NCBI RefSeq assembly: GCF_026571515.1 | Contig: NW_026864600.1 | Span: forward strand, 1-64,000 | Length of the DNA stretch: 64,000 bases | DNA from: Ruditapes philippinarum | Lineage: Eukaryota | Direction of reading: 5' to 3' | In this document: piece after piece, positions 25,373 to 39,840 of the stretch | Layout: each line of letters opens with the position of its first letter | Position numbering within the stretch: position 1 is the stretch's first letter | The notes under the pieces: generated by a model | What the model was told of the DNA's origin: nothing | Databases searched by the model: none | Seen by the model: the letters and a program-made list of their open reading frames with translations, nothing else | Program-made: the position numbers and the translations under genes

Positions 25373-25570
25373 TAAGGGAGGTTTAAAATTTTATAGTTAG
25401 CTTTAATAAAACTTTTTTCCTTAAATTTATATGACCTTACAAAAAAATATACGCCCCTTTCAGAAAAAAAAGAATTTTTTTATTCCTTATCAAAAAAAAT
25501 TTCTTTTTAAAAGAAAGAATTTGTATGTTTCGAAATTCGTAAACCAAATTCTCATTGTATTTTTTGTAAA

Positions 25571-25934
25571 AGATCCTATAACATAAATTTTTATGATAAT
25601 ATCATAAATGTGATGCTCAAATGAAGATTTATCAATATTGTAACTACAAATAAGCAGTATTAGTTAAGATATTAAAATTAACGAATTTACATTTCATGTA
25701 CATAAAGGGAGGTAATTAGAAAATTTATTTTCTATAAAGTCTTAGCCAAATTTTCAATAAGAAATGAATGCATATATTCTAAAGATTACTTATTATGTGT
25801 ATAAACATTTGCAGTACATAGTCAACATATTCTTGGATGTTTAGAAAATTATTTTATAAGAATGATAATATATTATATACATATACAATTTCACTTAAGC
25901 GTTGTTACATCCTTAATAACAACATAGAGGATCT
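25571..25934 (+). mobile_element. Copy of the 365-bp TTAA MITE
   Basis: agatccta...aggatct ends; internal similarity to 36091-36455. Confidence 0.75.
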
Positions 25935-26409
25935 TAAAATAAGTAATAGATGTTCTAAATATCTATTTTTTTTTTAATTTACAGCGAATGTTGGGTTAAA
26001 ATTGCTACGTAATGGTGTCATGAAATGAGAACACCCAATGTGGAATCGCATCGATGGCAGCATTTTTCACCATGTAATTTCATAGGGTTATTTGTCTACG
26101 ATAGTTCATGTTTTTACGGCGTAATTTATAGATCGATATGATTCTGACGTCACCACTTTCTTGTTTATTTTCAGAAACGAAAACCGGTATTTTTCAAACT
26201 AACATTTCATTTGATTTCCTCTTTATTATTTCCCTTCTTTATGTAATGCTATTTAATTAAAAAGAATGTTGGATACAAATCAGAAGCAATACAGACAAGG
26301 GCATTACGCGTGTGTTGATATATTGCGCATGCACGAGTCGTCAAATCAATAGCACAATGTTTTTCCTATAAGAAAGAAAGAAAATAAATGGATATTTTTA
26401 TTAAATAGA

Positions 26410-26680
26410 GAGAAATAAGAATCCCTAAAGAAAGCCCAACACGGCACAATTGAAAATGTTGCAGGCTCGGTTTGATTGAGCCTGTTCATGGACGGTACTG
26501 TCAAGTGCAAACTACCGTCCACGCCCCCTAGCACCGGCTTAAGCAGAATTCAACATTTAACATGAACTGGTTAAATTTAGAATTTTGAAACATCCGCATA
26601 TGTGTTCATATGGCGGTCATCATGGAACCTTCAATGTGACACGTTAGTGCCATTTCATGAAAAGCGGCAAAACCTTCCAA
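26410..26680. mobile_element. Dispersed repeat (probable mariner-related terminal segment); related copies at about 34435-34560, 35080-35280, 33740-33810 and 61750-61850
   Basis: Shared core gcag.ct.g.tttgattgag.ctgt.catg...aagtgcaa...cccctagcaccggctt.agc. Confidence 0.6.
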
Positions 26681-28384
26681 ATCAGAGATTTGATTAAACA
26701 AATGAGAAAATAAGTTTGATTTCAATTTGTGCTCACACTACTGTTGAAATATGTCTAAATAGTCGGTTTAAATTTAGTATTTTGCTAAATGTAATCACAA
26801 AAATGCATAAATTGCTTACTTTACTGTAATAAAAATGTGAAACGGATATAAATATATATAATGAATTATTTGTTTTGAACGCAAATGTATACAAGACTAT
26901 GTCACGTTTTATGATATTGATAGAAATTGCTATGTATTAAGCGCTAGACATTCATAAGATTCCGTAAGATTCCATAAGTTAGCCAATTTCTTTTTAAATC
27001 TCATCATTCAAATCTTGACTATTACTATCAAACTCATTTTCCTTTCTGAAATAACTGAAATTTAAAACATAAAACAATAAGTTTCTACATGTAGTACATA
27101 TATGATATTGTATGCAAAGTTTACATAAATAGATAATAATGCAATTTTCAACGTGCTTTGTGTCTACATGTAAGCCTGATATACACCTTCAATAGAACAC
27201 CAATTGTCACATGTATGTCAAAATATTTACCTGTAAAATCTAATACTCTGACGGAAGGCTTGAGTGAGCAATGGTGGGTACTACGTCATCGCGTAATTAC
27301 AAAATGCTCGAATGAGGTAGTATCCTACCATTGGTGTGGTCTTTCTCGTTAAACCTGGAAGGTTTCCCTCTCTTCTCGATTTGTCACACTGACATCATTA
27401 TTTTTATTATTCAAGGGAGACAACCATTTCAGCTTTAACTACTTCTAAGTAGAGTTATCTCTCTTCTCAAGCTCCCTTTTGAAAGTCAAATTCTATTCAG
27501 TTTTAACAGTTTAATGATGTTCTGATAAATAAAGTGTTCTGTTACAGAACAAGTAAATGCTACTAGTTCAGGTCAAACGGTATATGCATGTAATAAGGAA
27601 TTCGTGTCTAATTCCATATTTTTTACACTCTTGGTTAAAAGGCACTTAATGCCTTACAAAAGACGTTTTCTTTTATTTTAATTTTTCAAATAGAGCAACT
27701 ATTCGTTGTTTAACGTTTATATAATGGTTTTAGAGCACTTCAGATGATTATCACTTGAAGAAAGTAGCTCTGAATGTGAATTTACAGGTATTTGTTATGT
27801 TAACAAAAAAGTGTTTTGACTTACATACAAAATGAAAAATACTTATATTATGACTAACCAAAAAAACAGAAAAAGACAAATAGCGTTCAGACACATTGCC
27901 AGTGAGTACCTTTTTTGGGAAATAAAGCAGGGCAACAAACTTAAAATGTTTTTAAAAATGAAAATAAAAGGATTTCTGAGGCAAAGTAACAATTTAACGA
28001 AATGCATTGTTTAAATTTTGAAGCAATGACTATGTATAAAGAAAGTTGCGCGACTCATATATATAATTGAAATAAATTGAAAACTTGATGCATTCCTATT
28101 TCATTATAAAATTTGTCAAGTTTATTTTCTTGTAAAAAAATTAAATGTATATATGCTTATCGCTTATTTATTATATAAAATTACTTAAGCGGAAATAAAT
28201 TAGTAAATTATACAAAGTGTTGCTACATTGCTCGCTACAATTAGCTCTCTTATATTTTATACAATTACCAAATAATTATAAATGGACGTTATATACGAAA
28301 TAACAATCTGATCTACCATTATTTGTACTGTCATGATGGATCCAATTGATTTAAAAAGGGAAAGGCCTAAAACTACTCTAAGGA

Positions 28385-29435
28385 ACACCCACTAAATTGT
28401 ACAAAATCAAATCCGCATCAAAGTCAGGCAAATGATTTTGTCACAGGTGTCACGAGAATATAGTATTTTTAATACGAAAATTTCTTCAGTTTATATACAG
28501 ACAGAACACAAAGCCGATGTTAAAAACGGCCATGCCACACGGAAATGTCCTGGACAATAAGCTTTGGTAAGGGCTTTGGGCCTTACATTAGTGAAATGAA
28601 GACCCACTACAATGTATAAATCGAATCCGCATCAAAGTCAGACAAATGATTTTGTCACAGGTGACACGAGAATATTGTATTTTTAATACTAACATTTCTA
28701 CAGTTTATATATATAGAAAGAACAAATAGCCGGTCCTTAAAACGACTATGCCACGCGGAAATCTCCTAGACTTTGGTTACTTGGGCCTTATATTACTGTT
28801 ATGAAGACCCACTACATTCCGCTTCTTAATCAGGCAAATGGTTCAAAATTGTCTCGAAAATATTGTTTTTTCATTTACGAAAATATCTACAGTTTATATA
28901 CAGAAAGAACAAATCGCCGGTAAAAAAAGACCATGTCACGCGGAAATCTCCTTGACATTTTACTTGGGTTAGGCCTTTGGGACTTATATTACTGTAAAGA
29001 AAATCCTGTACAAAATCGATTCCGAATCGAATCAAGAAAATGTTCTAGCCAGGATTTTTTCGAAAATATGGCGCTTTAACCACATACTCTACAGCTTATA
29101 TACTGAAAGAACAAATCGCCGGTCCAAATAACGACTATGCCACGCGCAAATCTCTCGCACATATCGCTTGGATTAGCATTTGGGTCTGATATTTTAGGAC
29201 AAAATAACCTGCAAACTAATAGGTCCTAAAACCTACTATGTCACGCGAAAATTTCCTGGACATTTTACTTGGATAAGGGCTTTGAGACTTACATTACTGC
29301 AAAAAGACCCACCACACTTGTTCAAAATCGAATCCACATCGGAATCAAACATTTTTTTTTTCAAAATTTTGGCTCTAGAATATGATATTTTTTACTAAAA
29401 TAATAAATTTTCTACAGCTTATATACAGAAAGGAC
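28385..29435 (+). repeat. Degenerate tandem repeat of about 200-215 bp, about 5 copies
   Basis: Recurrent blocks aaatcgaatccgcatc, cagtttatatacagaaagaacaaa and atgccacgcggaaatctcc. Confidence 0.8.
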
Positions 29436-31651
29436 AAAACGACAATCTTTCACAGAAAGAGTGCACACAAACGTCTGCATGAGGTCTTAATGACGTTAAT
29501 GATGAAAGTAATCTCTATGGCAATGTCAGAAAGTAAATCATAGAAAACTGTAACAGTTATGAATTTATTTTATCTCGCGATTAATTACATTTTTTCTCGC
29601 CTGTTTACTCTGATATCTAAATAGGGTTTTCAGTGAAATAAGAAAAAGATGTCTTTATCATTAATGAGCTAAAACGTTAAACGAAATAGATTTACTGAAA
29701 AAGATTTTATAACGCTAAATAGGAATTGAGGAAAAGGATATATTAACGAGTATTTATAAATTTTACCAATGCAAAAACAGTTCCTTATTAACGAAACACT
29801 TTTACACTCATGTACGGTTTAGGTCTAAATAGTATGATGTTAAGCTTGTAAAACTCGGTTAGAATGCATCTGAATTCTCCATTGTGATATGCACATGCTC
29901 ATTCAAATGAAACATATAAAACATATATTTTTGTCTTTTTGAAGTAATTTTTCACAACAATAAAGTAGAGGTGTTCATTGGTTTATGAATAACTTTCAAA
30001 TATATATATATCAAATAAAATTTGAATACTATTACGACAGGAATAGAACTTGATCTATACAGAAGTACGATGGTGTTGAATCATGCTGAAATTCTATAAA
30101 TCCGTCAAAAAAAATTCAATTCAAAAACTGTATCACAGTCAAAGACTTAAGGCATTAAAATGAAATAAATGTTGTTTTATTGATATGTTAATAAGAATCA
30201 TACGAATGATATAAAGACACTTTAGAATTCATTTATATAGAACATCATTATATAGGCCAGGCAAATCTAAACGAACGTATACTCGATAACCTAATGTTTT
30301 CAAAGCAAAACAACAGTAAGAAACAATTAGAGCAATCGAAAAAGAAAAGATACAAAATATGACAAAACTTATGACTGACATATTTTTTTCTTTCGTCTTT
30401 GAAAATTAATGCAACAAGTTCCCTTTGTCCTTTTTAACATCTTATTCAACATAAATGTGCATGTTAAAGCTACTCGTATAAGAATTAACAAAAAAAGATT
30501 GTCAAAGGTCCATATAAATCGCCTACTACAGTTTCGTCTAGACTTGTTGAAAGAATGACTCGTTGATTTCATCATTATATATATTGAAGAAGAAATATAA
30601 CGTTGTAAACATTCCAGGAAACCCCGTCTTCGTACTACATGTCCTTTCGGGATTCTTGGTCAATTCATACACATCAAAACTCCATGCATCAGCATATTAT
30701 GTGGTACATAACAGATAAACACCATGCTCCTAGACGACTGACCACACAGTTACACAACATCAACGTGGTAAAAGCATGTCCTGTATAATAAGACAATCCG
30801 TACACTGAAGTATCTCCTGTAATTATATAATGTATGTAAGACAATGAATAAAAATGGTGACAAAGATAAATACTGTATAAGTGGTTAAATTAGCGACATA
30901 TATTGGCGAATTTCGCAAATTGAAGAAAATAACTAAAATTTACTATAAAGTAATTAATTATCAGCCAAACTGTCTTTAAATTCTGTCCTTGCATATTTCG
31001 CTCATAATTCATCATGCGAAATGTCGCTAAAATTTTGAGACGCGGAAATATCCACTCATACATTACAGAATGAGCCTAAAGAATACTGTAATTATCTTTT
31101 TAGATGAATGCTCAGCATCATCTACTCCTTCGTCTTAAATAGGCCTTTTCCTAGATACTTCACATTCGTATCCGGAAGTAATGCTAACATCTCTAAGCTT
31201 TTCCTGCAAACTTCATTATTCTTATGACAAGCGGTTACAGTAAAATTGGTCTTTAGATAGAACAGTATTATGTTATCTGTCCTCGTTATGTTTTCTGTGG
31301 TTCTTAATATATTGATGGATGCTTTCCATGTACGCACATTTGTGTATTTATATTTTAAATCGTAAATGGAATAAGTCTGTGTTTGATCTTTATGTAGTAT
31401 TCAAGCATTAAGAATAAAGGTGATTACCTTACCAGATGTGTCAACCTCATTCCAGAAAACTCAAAAACTGAACGATTGAAACGTTCAGAGAACATTGACT
31501 AGAACGCCATCATGTAAAATTGCAAAACAGCATGCACATCGTTTTAAATAAGGAAGCACTGTTTCGTGTGGTATTCAAGCATTCGTTCAGGAACATAGTA
31601 GACAATGTATATTTCTAAAATATAGATCAGATTTATACATTTTAAGTTTGA

Positions 31652-31885
31652 TATTAATGTAGATAATTTATCTGCTGCTTATTTGTGTTACACAGACCAT
31701 GTCAAGGAAATATATTTACAACATTGTTATTCTAGAAAGGTATTGGCACTTTGATATAGCATAAACACTCTTCGTCATTTGAATTTTATCATGCTGTAAA
31801 TTTGATCCTCAATGGATTGTTCCAAACATAGCGCGAGGTCAAAATGTAACACAAATAAGCAGCAGATAAATTATTTACATTAATA
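31652..31885. mobile_element. 234-bp MITE with 41-bp TIRs
   Basis: tattaatgtagataatttatctgctgcttatttgtgttaca against its reverse complement at 31845-31885, 1 mismatch. Confidence 0.75.
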
Positions 31886-31914
31886 GGGGGATTAGGGATT
31901 TAAGACGGGGAGTA

Positions 31915-32292
31915 AAAGATGCACCTCATGCAAAGTAAAGGATTTAATTGCTACTGATGCAAGCTTTAGAACTAGGTATATAGCTTAATGCATTGGCATC
32001 TCTGTAAGAGCCGCTTATACGATTCCCAGACGTAAATTATACATGAAAAGGATTAGTGCCAAATGTATACTCAATCTCCTTACAAAAGAGAAACAACTTG
32101 CTCGTCTAGGAATCTCTAAATAATTGTTGAAACAGTTCTAAATACAACAATCGATATTTCAGAAATATCACCACTGGCGATGAGACTAGGGCCAAAGCGA
32201 AAGATACATAACAAAATATGGGCAACCAAAAGAATTCAAAGACCTTGCATAGCAAAACGCACTATGAGCGTCAAAAAGGCCATCTATGTAAT
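31915..32292 (+). mobile_element. Mariner transposase relic
   Basis: Broken translation KVKDLIATDA...IA*CIGIS...MKRISAK.I..LLTKE....R...ITTGDET...PKRKIHNKIWATK...RPCIAKRTMSVKK: HTH region, decayed WVP linker and first catalytic TGDET motif. Confidence 0.8.
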
Positions 32293-33439
32293 TGTCTCAA
32301 CGCAAAAGTTTTCTACATCATTATATAAATATATATTTTTTTCATTTCGTATATATTCCGGACGTTTTGGTTATTTCGGGTTTCGTCCAGCATATGATTG
32401 TTAACTCAAAGAAAAATTGGTAACTCAATGTTCATCCTCCACCGCTTATTACCATGTCGCGGTAAACAGACAGGGATTTTCCGGATTGCCAGAGCTTCAT
32501 AGTATATACACATATAGATAAAACATATTTTAAAAAGTAAGTTGATAAAATGAAAGTATGAAGCTTGGATGTCAACATGCAACAGCGACATATCAGTGTC
32601 ACAAAAAAACTGGATATTCTAATTCAGTGCAACTGATAACCACTACCCTCCCCGTCCCAAATCCCCAATCCCTCTCCGTTTTTCATGAGGAGGCTGTCTG
32701 TCTTTACCCTGACTCATTGTGAAAAACACAGAGAAATACTATTAGAATTTTCACTGGTCTTTTTCTGTCTTTCAATAGTGTTACTGCTACGAGTAATATA
32801 CAATTGATTGATGATGTAATCTAAAAGGACTACATTGAGGTTTATTGACATGACGAGACAAGAACTATTTGCCTCAAGAAACGTATTATTATTTACAATG
32901 ATCTTCATTTTGAATGCTTAATTTGACCTATGTAAGGACTTTAAACAATTGGGACTTCAGTGGATCTCTTTTCAGTAAATAACCAATAAATGTCGTTTTC
33001 ACACTTCTTCTCATATACATATCTCACGCTTTAAAATTTCAAACGTCATTTGCACGCTCAAAAAATCAGATGAAGAAGGTTGTTCTCCCTGTTATTTTAT
33101 CTAACAACTTAATAATATTTGAATTCAGTGTATTCCATATAGCAAATAAACGCTAGATATAAGCAACAATATACAATTGTGAATGTGGAAATAAATGTGA
33201 ATTGCTGACACTTCAAGCCTTAATATTGTGATAGCAAACAACTACTTAATATAATAGAATGTTTATAGAAATTATCTATCTATAACATTTCAAGACCCAG
33301 TTTGAAGAATACCTATTTGACAAAGGAATGGATAAAATATCTATGCATGTAAACGAGGATATTTTGATATAATTTTTGCATTAAACAAAGTATCAAACTC
33401 ATACTACTCAAATTTATGAAATAAACGAAACATCCCTTA

Positions 33440-33810
33440 CATTTTTCTGGTTCGGAATGATGAGCCAATGTTTCTTCACCAGTGATAACGTATGTAACTT
33501 GTTTTTGATTGAAATTTGGAAATATTTTGAGCAATTGCCTAGTGGCTGGTACTCGTACCCTTTTTTCGGTCATCTACTTATATATAGGGAATCAATCTTG
33601 CCGAAATCTTTTGCATTTTCAAAAAACGCTTAAATATGAAACACTCCTGCGATAGAGATATTCCAACAGTCTCAATACTTCAAGAAGAAATAGAACAAAC
33701 ACAAGTTAAAAAACAATAATCTAGAAAATGACCTGTCACACATGAGGAGTAATGAACAAAGTGCAATATCCCTAATGTCACGTAACACTGGCTTGAGCGG
33801 TACTCAATTA
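33440..33810 (-). mobile_element. Second mariner relic with its putative 5' non-coding segment
   Basis: VGISLS...FLKMQKISARLIP...RVRV...QLLKIFPNFNQKQ...VITGEET..HHSEP. The adjacent 33740-33810 segment recurs elsewhere in the window. Confidence 0.75.
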
Positions 33811-35325
33811 TAAGATGAATATCAAAAGCTATGGCCTCTCTGAATATCACATAAGCAAAGTCCATAGACTTGGATATTTACCAAACATAAAGGCACATTA
33901 TGCGCCATAAACGAAGAAAATTGTCTTTCTTTTAACAAAGGAGCATGTTAGATACTTATCACCTAAAAAGAATCTGCTGAATGTTAGTTTATATGTCATG
34001 AAAGTATCAAAATTGTAAACAAAGTTGTATCTTGATTGCCACACAAAATACTAAACGACTTTGATTGTACTAATTTGTAACCAAGAGGGAAGAGAAGCAA
34101 AAACATGGTTAATGGTCAATTTTTTGGAAACTAACACAAAATGCTTTATGAAATCAAAATAAAAGCATTTCTAAGACATAATGGGCCTTTTACAGTTTTA
34201 TTATTATATGAGCAAGTAATCAAGAAAGGGTGAAGAACAACACGTCAACGCAAGAGTGGGTTTACGTAATTTTATTCATATACCGATTTCGGTCATAGAA
34301 TGACCTTCATCAGTATAATACCATATTATATGACCATACAAAAATTCTTTATTTCGTAATTTTTCAAAGTTTGTGTGATTATCTTTTCACACTGGTGCTC
34401 TACAGAAGTTGTTAATTAGTTTGTAGAATAGTGAAAAACGGAATCCCTAAAGAATGACAAAATTGAAAATGCTGCAGACTCAATTTGATCGAGGCTGTTC
34501 ATGGACGTTACTGGAAAGTGAAAATTAGCGTCCACTCCCCCCTAGCACCGGATTAAGCTATATATTTACATACGAAAATACATTTTTGTTGTGAAAGAAC
34601 AATGAACAGAGCTTAAATGTTTGGCATAAAGCATTGCCTGATGTTCATCAAAGAAAGTAATTAAAATCTTATCTTACATTTTGCAAAGGGGAGGGGGGGG
34701 GATATGTGGCATGTACTCCTAGCATCACTATGTAGTCCTCTACAATTGTTATTCATAAGGCATGCCTTTTGGGTCAACATTTGCTGAGCCTGGGTGAGAT
34801 GATGCTAAAAGCCAATTGTCGAAGCTCATTGTTTATCTACTTTAATAGTAAAAAAATCAAGAAATATCCTCTCTTAAAAGATGTTATCCGGAATTCTTAT
34901 TTAGGTTTGTCTAAGCTAATCTCCTTGTACAGATTTCAACATTGATAGTCTCATGGAGTACTAATGTCTTAATAGATTAGTCATCTCTTGCGCTTATTTG
35001 CTTGTTAACTGTATTTTTGTATCACTGGATTACCTGGTAAAAAGCCAAACTACTCTTAATTCCAGAGTAAAATAGTGTGAAATAGAATCCCTAAGAGACG
35101 CACGAAACGATTTTGCAAGGGTGGTTTGGTTGACCACGTTCATAGACGGTACTGGAACGTGCAAATTACCATCCAAAACCCCTGGACTCTGGTTTAAGAA
35201 GTATTCAACATTTAAACAAAAAAAATGGTAACATTTGGAACTTTGAAACACCCGTAGATGTGTTCGTGTGGCTTTTTCCAGTGTATAGAATACAAATAAT
35301 TGACTATGAATATGTTTTATTACAA

Positions 35326-35442
35326 GTGTCTGGTGACAAGACATTCCAAGTGAAAACTCGGTTCGACACAGAGGTAGAGCTTGTGTATTTCAGAAATGGA
35401 GGCATCCTCAACTACATGGTTCGAAAAATCCTAAATGCTTAG
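35326..35442 (+). pseudogene. ACO1: Orphan terminal exon of cytosolic aconitase / iron regulatory protein 1
   Basis: VSGDKTFQVKTRFDTEVELVYFRNGGILNYMVRKILNA* matches the aconitase A/IRP1 C-terminal signature (RFDT.VE..Y...GGIL.YM.R). No upstream aconitase exons are visible. The putative acceptor reads ttacaa rather than ttacag. Confidence 0.85.
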
Positions 35443-35524
35443 AAAACTTTTCCGGTGCTAAATCAAAATTATTGTACTACATATACCATATGGAGTCATT
35501 GTTACATACTATTGTAGTATAATT

Positions 35525-35601
35525 TGTACTTTTAAGTGCAATAACGGATTAACTCCTATTTAATGTTATAGGAATTAACACGTTATTGCACTAAGGTGAC
35601 G
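35525..35601. mobile_element. Related 77-bp hairpin MITE downstream of the aconitase exon, aatt TSD
   Basis: agtgcaataacg...cgttattgcactaaggtgacg flanked by aatt on both sides. Confidence 0.72.
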
Positions 35602-36090
35602 AATTATCAGTTGCAAGTAAATCAGCTGAGACTGTATTAAAATTAGCTCATGATCGTTACATATAATCAGTGAGATTGGATTGATATTTTCGTTACTTGT
35701 ATTAGATTTATATAATTGTTGTACATCATGGATGGTGTTATATTTTGTAACTTGTATACATGTTTATGGTATTAGATATGTAACTGGTTAACTGTTTAAT
35801 TGGTGTCAAATTGAAAGGTGGTATGTATACCTTATGACATGTATCATATTTATAAACAATGGTATACTATATACCTGCTAATGGTTGGTAGACGAGTGAA
35901 CTGTTTAAATTGTGTCAAATTGAACGGTGGTATATGCATATCTTGTTTCATATTTATTATTTGTATACCATATAATTGCTAATAGTATATTTGTGATTGA
36001 TAGACCTGGTTATCGTTTGAATGGTAAACTATTTTGTTAATTGTACAAGTGAGTTATAATTGGTAAACCTTGTTAATGCTATAGCTTTAA

Positions 36091-36455
36091 AGATCCTGTA
36101 ACACATTTTTTATGGTTTTATTTCATAAATATGATGCTCAAATTAAGATTTGTCATTATTGCAAGTTCCAATAAGCATTATTTATAAAGATATTACCAAA
36201 TTTAACATTTCACGTAAATAAAGGGAGGTAATTAGAAATCTATTTTCTACATATTCTAAGTCAAATTTTCCAATGAGAAATGAATGCATATATTTAAATG
36301 ATTACATATAATATGCACAAACATTTGCAGTACATATTTTACATATTCTTTGATGTTTAAAAATTGTTTTATTTGCATAATTATATACATATATTATTTC
36401 TTGTAAGTGTGGTACACACACAATAACAATATCAATCACAAAACAAACAAGATCT
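36091..36455 (+). mobile_element. About 365-bp TTAA-flanked MITE (TIR agatcctgt / acaagatct), Kolobok-like
   Basis: TTAA on both sides; four related copies in this window. Confidence 0.8.
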
Positions 36456-38080
36456 TTAAGAAATACTATACAAGTCATTTCAAGAAAATGTCGAGATAAT
36501 GTGATCACGTGCTTGTTGTCATCAATCTATGTGTACTGTTGGAATGTTTGCTGGGCAGTAGTTTTACAAGGGACATTATTGTGAAAGCTCATATTTTCTG
36601 AGTGATGCCCCTTTTTAGTTTCGAATTTTATCAATGCTCTTGTCATTATACTTGTCATACTTGTACAATTACTAGAAATTTTCTTCTCTGTAACAAATGT
36701 ATTACTTTATTGATAACTGATTAGATTATTGTGTTTCTGGTTGATGTGCTGTGCTGTACAGCCAATTAAAAGACAGTGTTTGAATTATTGTACGCAAGTG
36801 TTGTCAGTTGTTAAGGAATGGTTCTTTGTAATGCAGTGATGGCTTTAATCTTAACTTAAGACTGATTTATTTTGATTGCAAATGTTTGTTAGCAAGAATG
36901 ATGATATTTAACAATGACCTTGATTTTTGTAGCATTATAACTACTTTGAAATAAATGATTGTTTAAAATTTTTAAAATGCAAAATATGAGTATGTTTGTT
37001 AGTGTGTGCCTTTGTTGATCATGTTGTATAATAGCCAACGTATTCATTGGTTAGAAATTGTTGTAGATTCAAGTCTTTAAATTGAATTTGTTGATTCTTA
37101 AACATAAACCCTTTCAAAAATAAAATCATAAATTTGAATAGGCCATAATAAAAAAGGCAGACAGACTGCATGTATTTGCTGGCTTTCTAAGCTCTAACAG
37201 GTGATATTCTTTATATTCAATTGAAATATTTAATCAAAATTGAATTAAATCAAAAACAAATATACAGGAAGGATAGGTGACTCATCTTTTCAAATACTAG
37301 TAATAGATATTTTTGTGTATCCATCACAACAAAAGTTTTGTCGAAGGAAACGGAATACTGGAACTGTCAAATTAACAAAATGTATGTCCTCAATTTGTAT
37401 GTTTGCCTTTGTGTGGATGTACATTTATATAAATAAATAGTAATGACCTAGAAGGGCTTGTTGTTCTTTATTATGCCACATCTGCTGGAAATTTAAAAAA
37501 AATGTTGTTGCAAGTGGTATCCTGCCATAAGCCCGTTATCTCTCATATCGAAAGATTATAAGAATCCGCAAAGATCACCAAAAATGAAAGATTACAAAGA
37601 CGCCAACAGTATATTTCAGCAAAGTTGCAAAAGCTTCTTTATCTTATTTACTGAAAGAGCGACTAAAGAAAGATACCCTCATTTCCCTTCTGCAATGATT
37701 AAAATAAGTTCCAAATCCCTCTTCTGTACAGTTAGCAAATTTCACCTAGAGAAAGATTACAAAATTCCTTCAGCCCGCGTACAGAAATATTGAGCGAAAA
37801 AACATTCAGATCACTAAAAAATCTAGAAAAAGTTTTTAGGCTCACTTAAAAATGAAAATAACAATAAACCTCTCTTCACACGTACATAAACGTGACAAAA
37901 GTATTCTATCTCAAATTGAATTAAAGACTGGTGACAAAACAGGGGAGTAGCTTCGAGTACGCGGCTTGATCCACAGGATTTTGACAAACAAAAAAAATGC
38001 CTTCAATCTCACTTATAGAAACATGACAATATTTTATCACAATTAAAGACAGACAACAAAAATCCTCCAAGCTCATTTAA

Positions 38081-38577
38081 AGGGATACTCAAGCAGATTA
38101 ATGACAAAAATATCAAAATGACCTTATGTCCTAAAATCACCCTAAAATGATATTTTTAAAAGTCCCAAGATGAATTTCTGTATTAATTCTAAAATTATGG
38201 GTATGAAGCGTAAATATATATTTATATTTGTTGAACGAAATTAAGATGCTGACAAAATCACCGAGTAGTTTTAAAACAAGTCTTGTGACTTGAACAAACC
38301 CTGAAGATACCACAACAGATATTGTGAATATTGTATGATAAAAACAAGTCTTTCATTTGATCTTTAAGTTTTCCAGAGTTCAATGTGACTCCTATTGTAA
38401 AACCGTAACGCTCTAAGCTGACCCACGCGGGTCAAGTTAGGAAACCATCGTTTTATTCGTCATAAGGAGAAAATGTTTGTTCCTGTGACTGCCTAGTGTA
38501 CTCATTTTGAGGACATTTACAGAATAATGAATGAAAAATTCAAAACGAAGAAATGAAATATTTGCATGTGTCTCCCT
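38081..38577. mobile_element. About 500-bp TTAA-flanked MITE (aggga...tccct), Kolobok-like
   Basis: ttaa-agggatactca ... tgtgtctccct-ttaa; interrupts a degenerate repeat tract. Confidence 0.6.
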
Positions 38578-39840
38578 TTAAATAAAATTTAATAGATTAC
38601 AATAAGAACCACAAAGGTGACAAAAAACTCGTAAGCTGACAGAACAAAAATCCTCTTGGAAAAATCAGAGGAGTGTGACAAAAAGACTTTTAGTCTTTAT
38701 GGTCACTCAAATAAAAATAACTTAACGCCTTTCAGAGTACTTATATAAACATCACAAAACAACCTGTGGATAATTTAAAGAAATATTAAAGAGAACCAAT
38801 GAAGCATGACAAAGCAGCATATAATTCACTGATATGAAAGTGACAAAGAGAAATACAGGTTATTTATAAAACGTGACATAAACACACAAGCTCACTTAAT
38901 GAAAGATAAAATGCCCTTATACATTAAAGCAAAATATCTCTTAACCTATTTAAATAAGAATACAAAAGCACACTTTAAAGTCAGACAGATTGCTGAAACA
39001 ACATCGATAGTCAGTTTTAAGCCATTTGCAAAATGTCAAAAATGTCTGTATTGAAAAGACAAAAAAAAAAATATATTAGAAATACATTGATCGAAAAATG
39101 TGTAGATTAGTACCAAGCAAATGTTATCTTTCCACGCATATTGTGGCTAAAGAATTTTTAACGAAAATATGCAGGTACTCAGTAACTCTTGTTTCATCTT
39201 TCGCTTGGATTGTGCGAATGTAGTTGATTTGGGAAATAAATGGCTGAGGATTTGAACACCTGACTTAGATAAAGATAAGGTCATCTGGCATTAAGTACAG
39301 CAGTATCATTGTAACAGCTTTAGAATAGCACATCTGACCTATATAACATCATTCTCTTATTAATAACACGGAATTAGGCCATCTGACCTATATTGTATAA
39401 TGTTCTTATAAATAACTCGGATTCAAGACATCTGACCTATATTACATCATGCTCTTATTAATAACTCAGAATCAAGACATCTGACCTGTATTACATCATG
39501 CTCTTATCTATTACTTGTAACAAGACATCTGACGTATATTACATCATGCTCTTATTAATAACTCAGAATCAAGATATCTGACCTATTTTACATCATGCTC
39601 TTATTAATAACTCGGAATCAAGACATCTGACCTTAATTACATCATGCTTTTATAAATGACTCGGAATCAAGACATTTTACCTATATTACATTATGCTCTT
39701 ATTAATAACTCGGAATCGAGACATCTGACCTGTATTACATCTGATCTGTATTACATCATGCTCTTATATATAACTCGGAATCAAGATATCTGACCTATAT
39801 AACATAATGCTCTAATTAATAACTTAGATTCAAGACATCT

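Noticed and set aside
30560-31512. Possible decayed secreted-protein gene on the minus strand (ATG near 31512, GTAAG donor at about 31433, acceptor-like sites at about 30781 and 30817)
   Set aside because: Stops in all frames and no recognisable domain; it cannot be supported without BLASTX.
35443-35700. Iron-responsive element or regulatory hairpin after the aconitase exon
   Set aside because: The big hairpin is a MITE also found in the satellite. The cagtga at about 35668 lacks the 5-bp upper stem and bulged C of an IRE.
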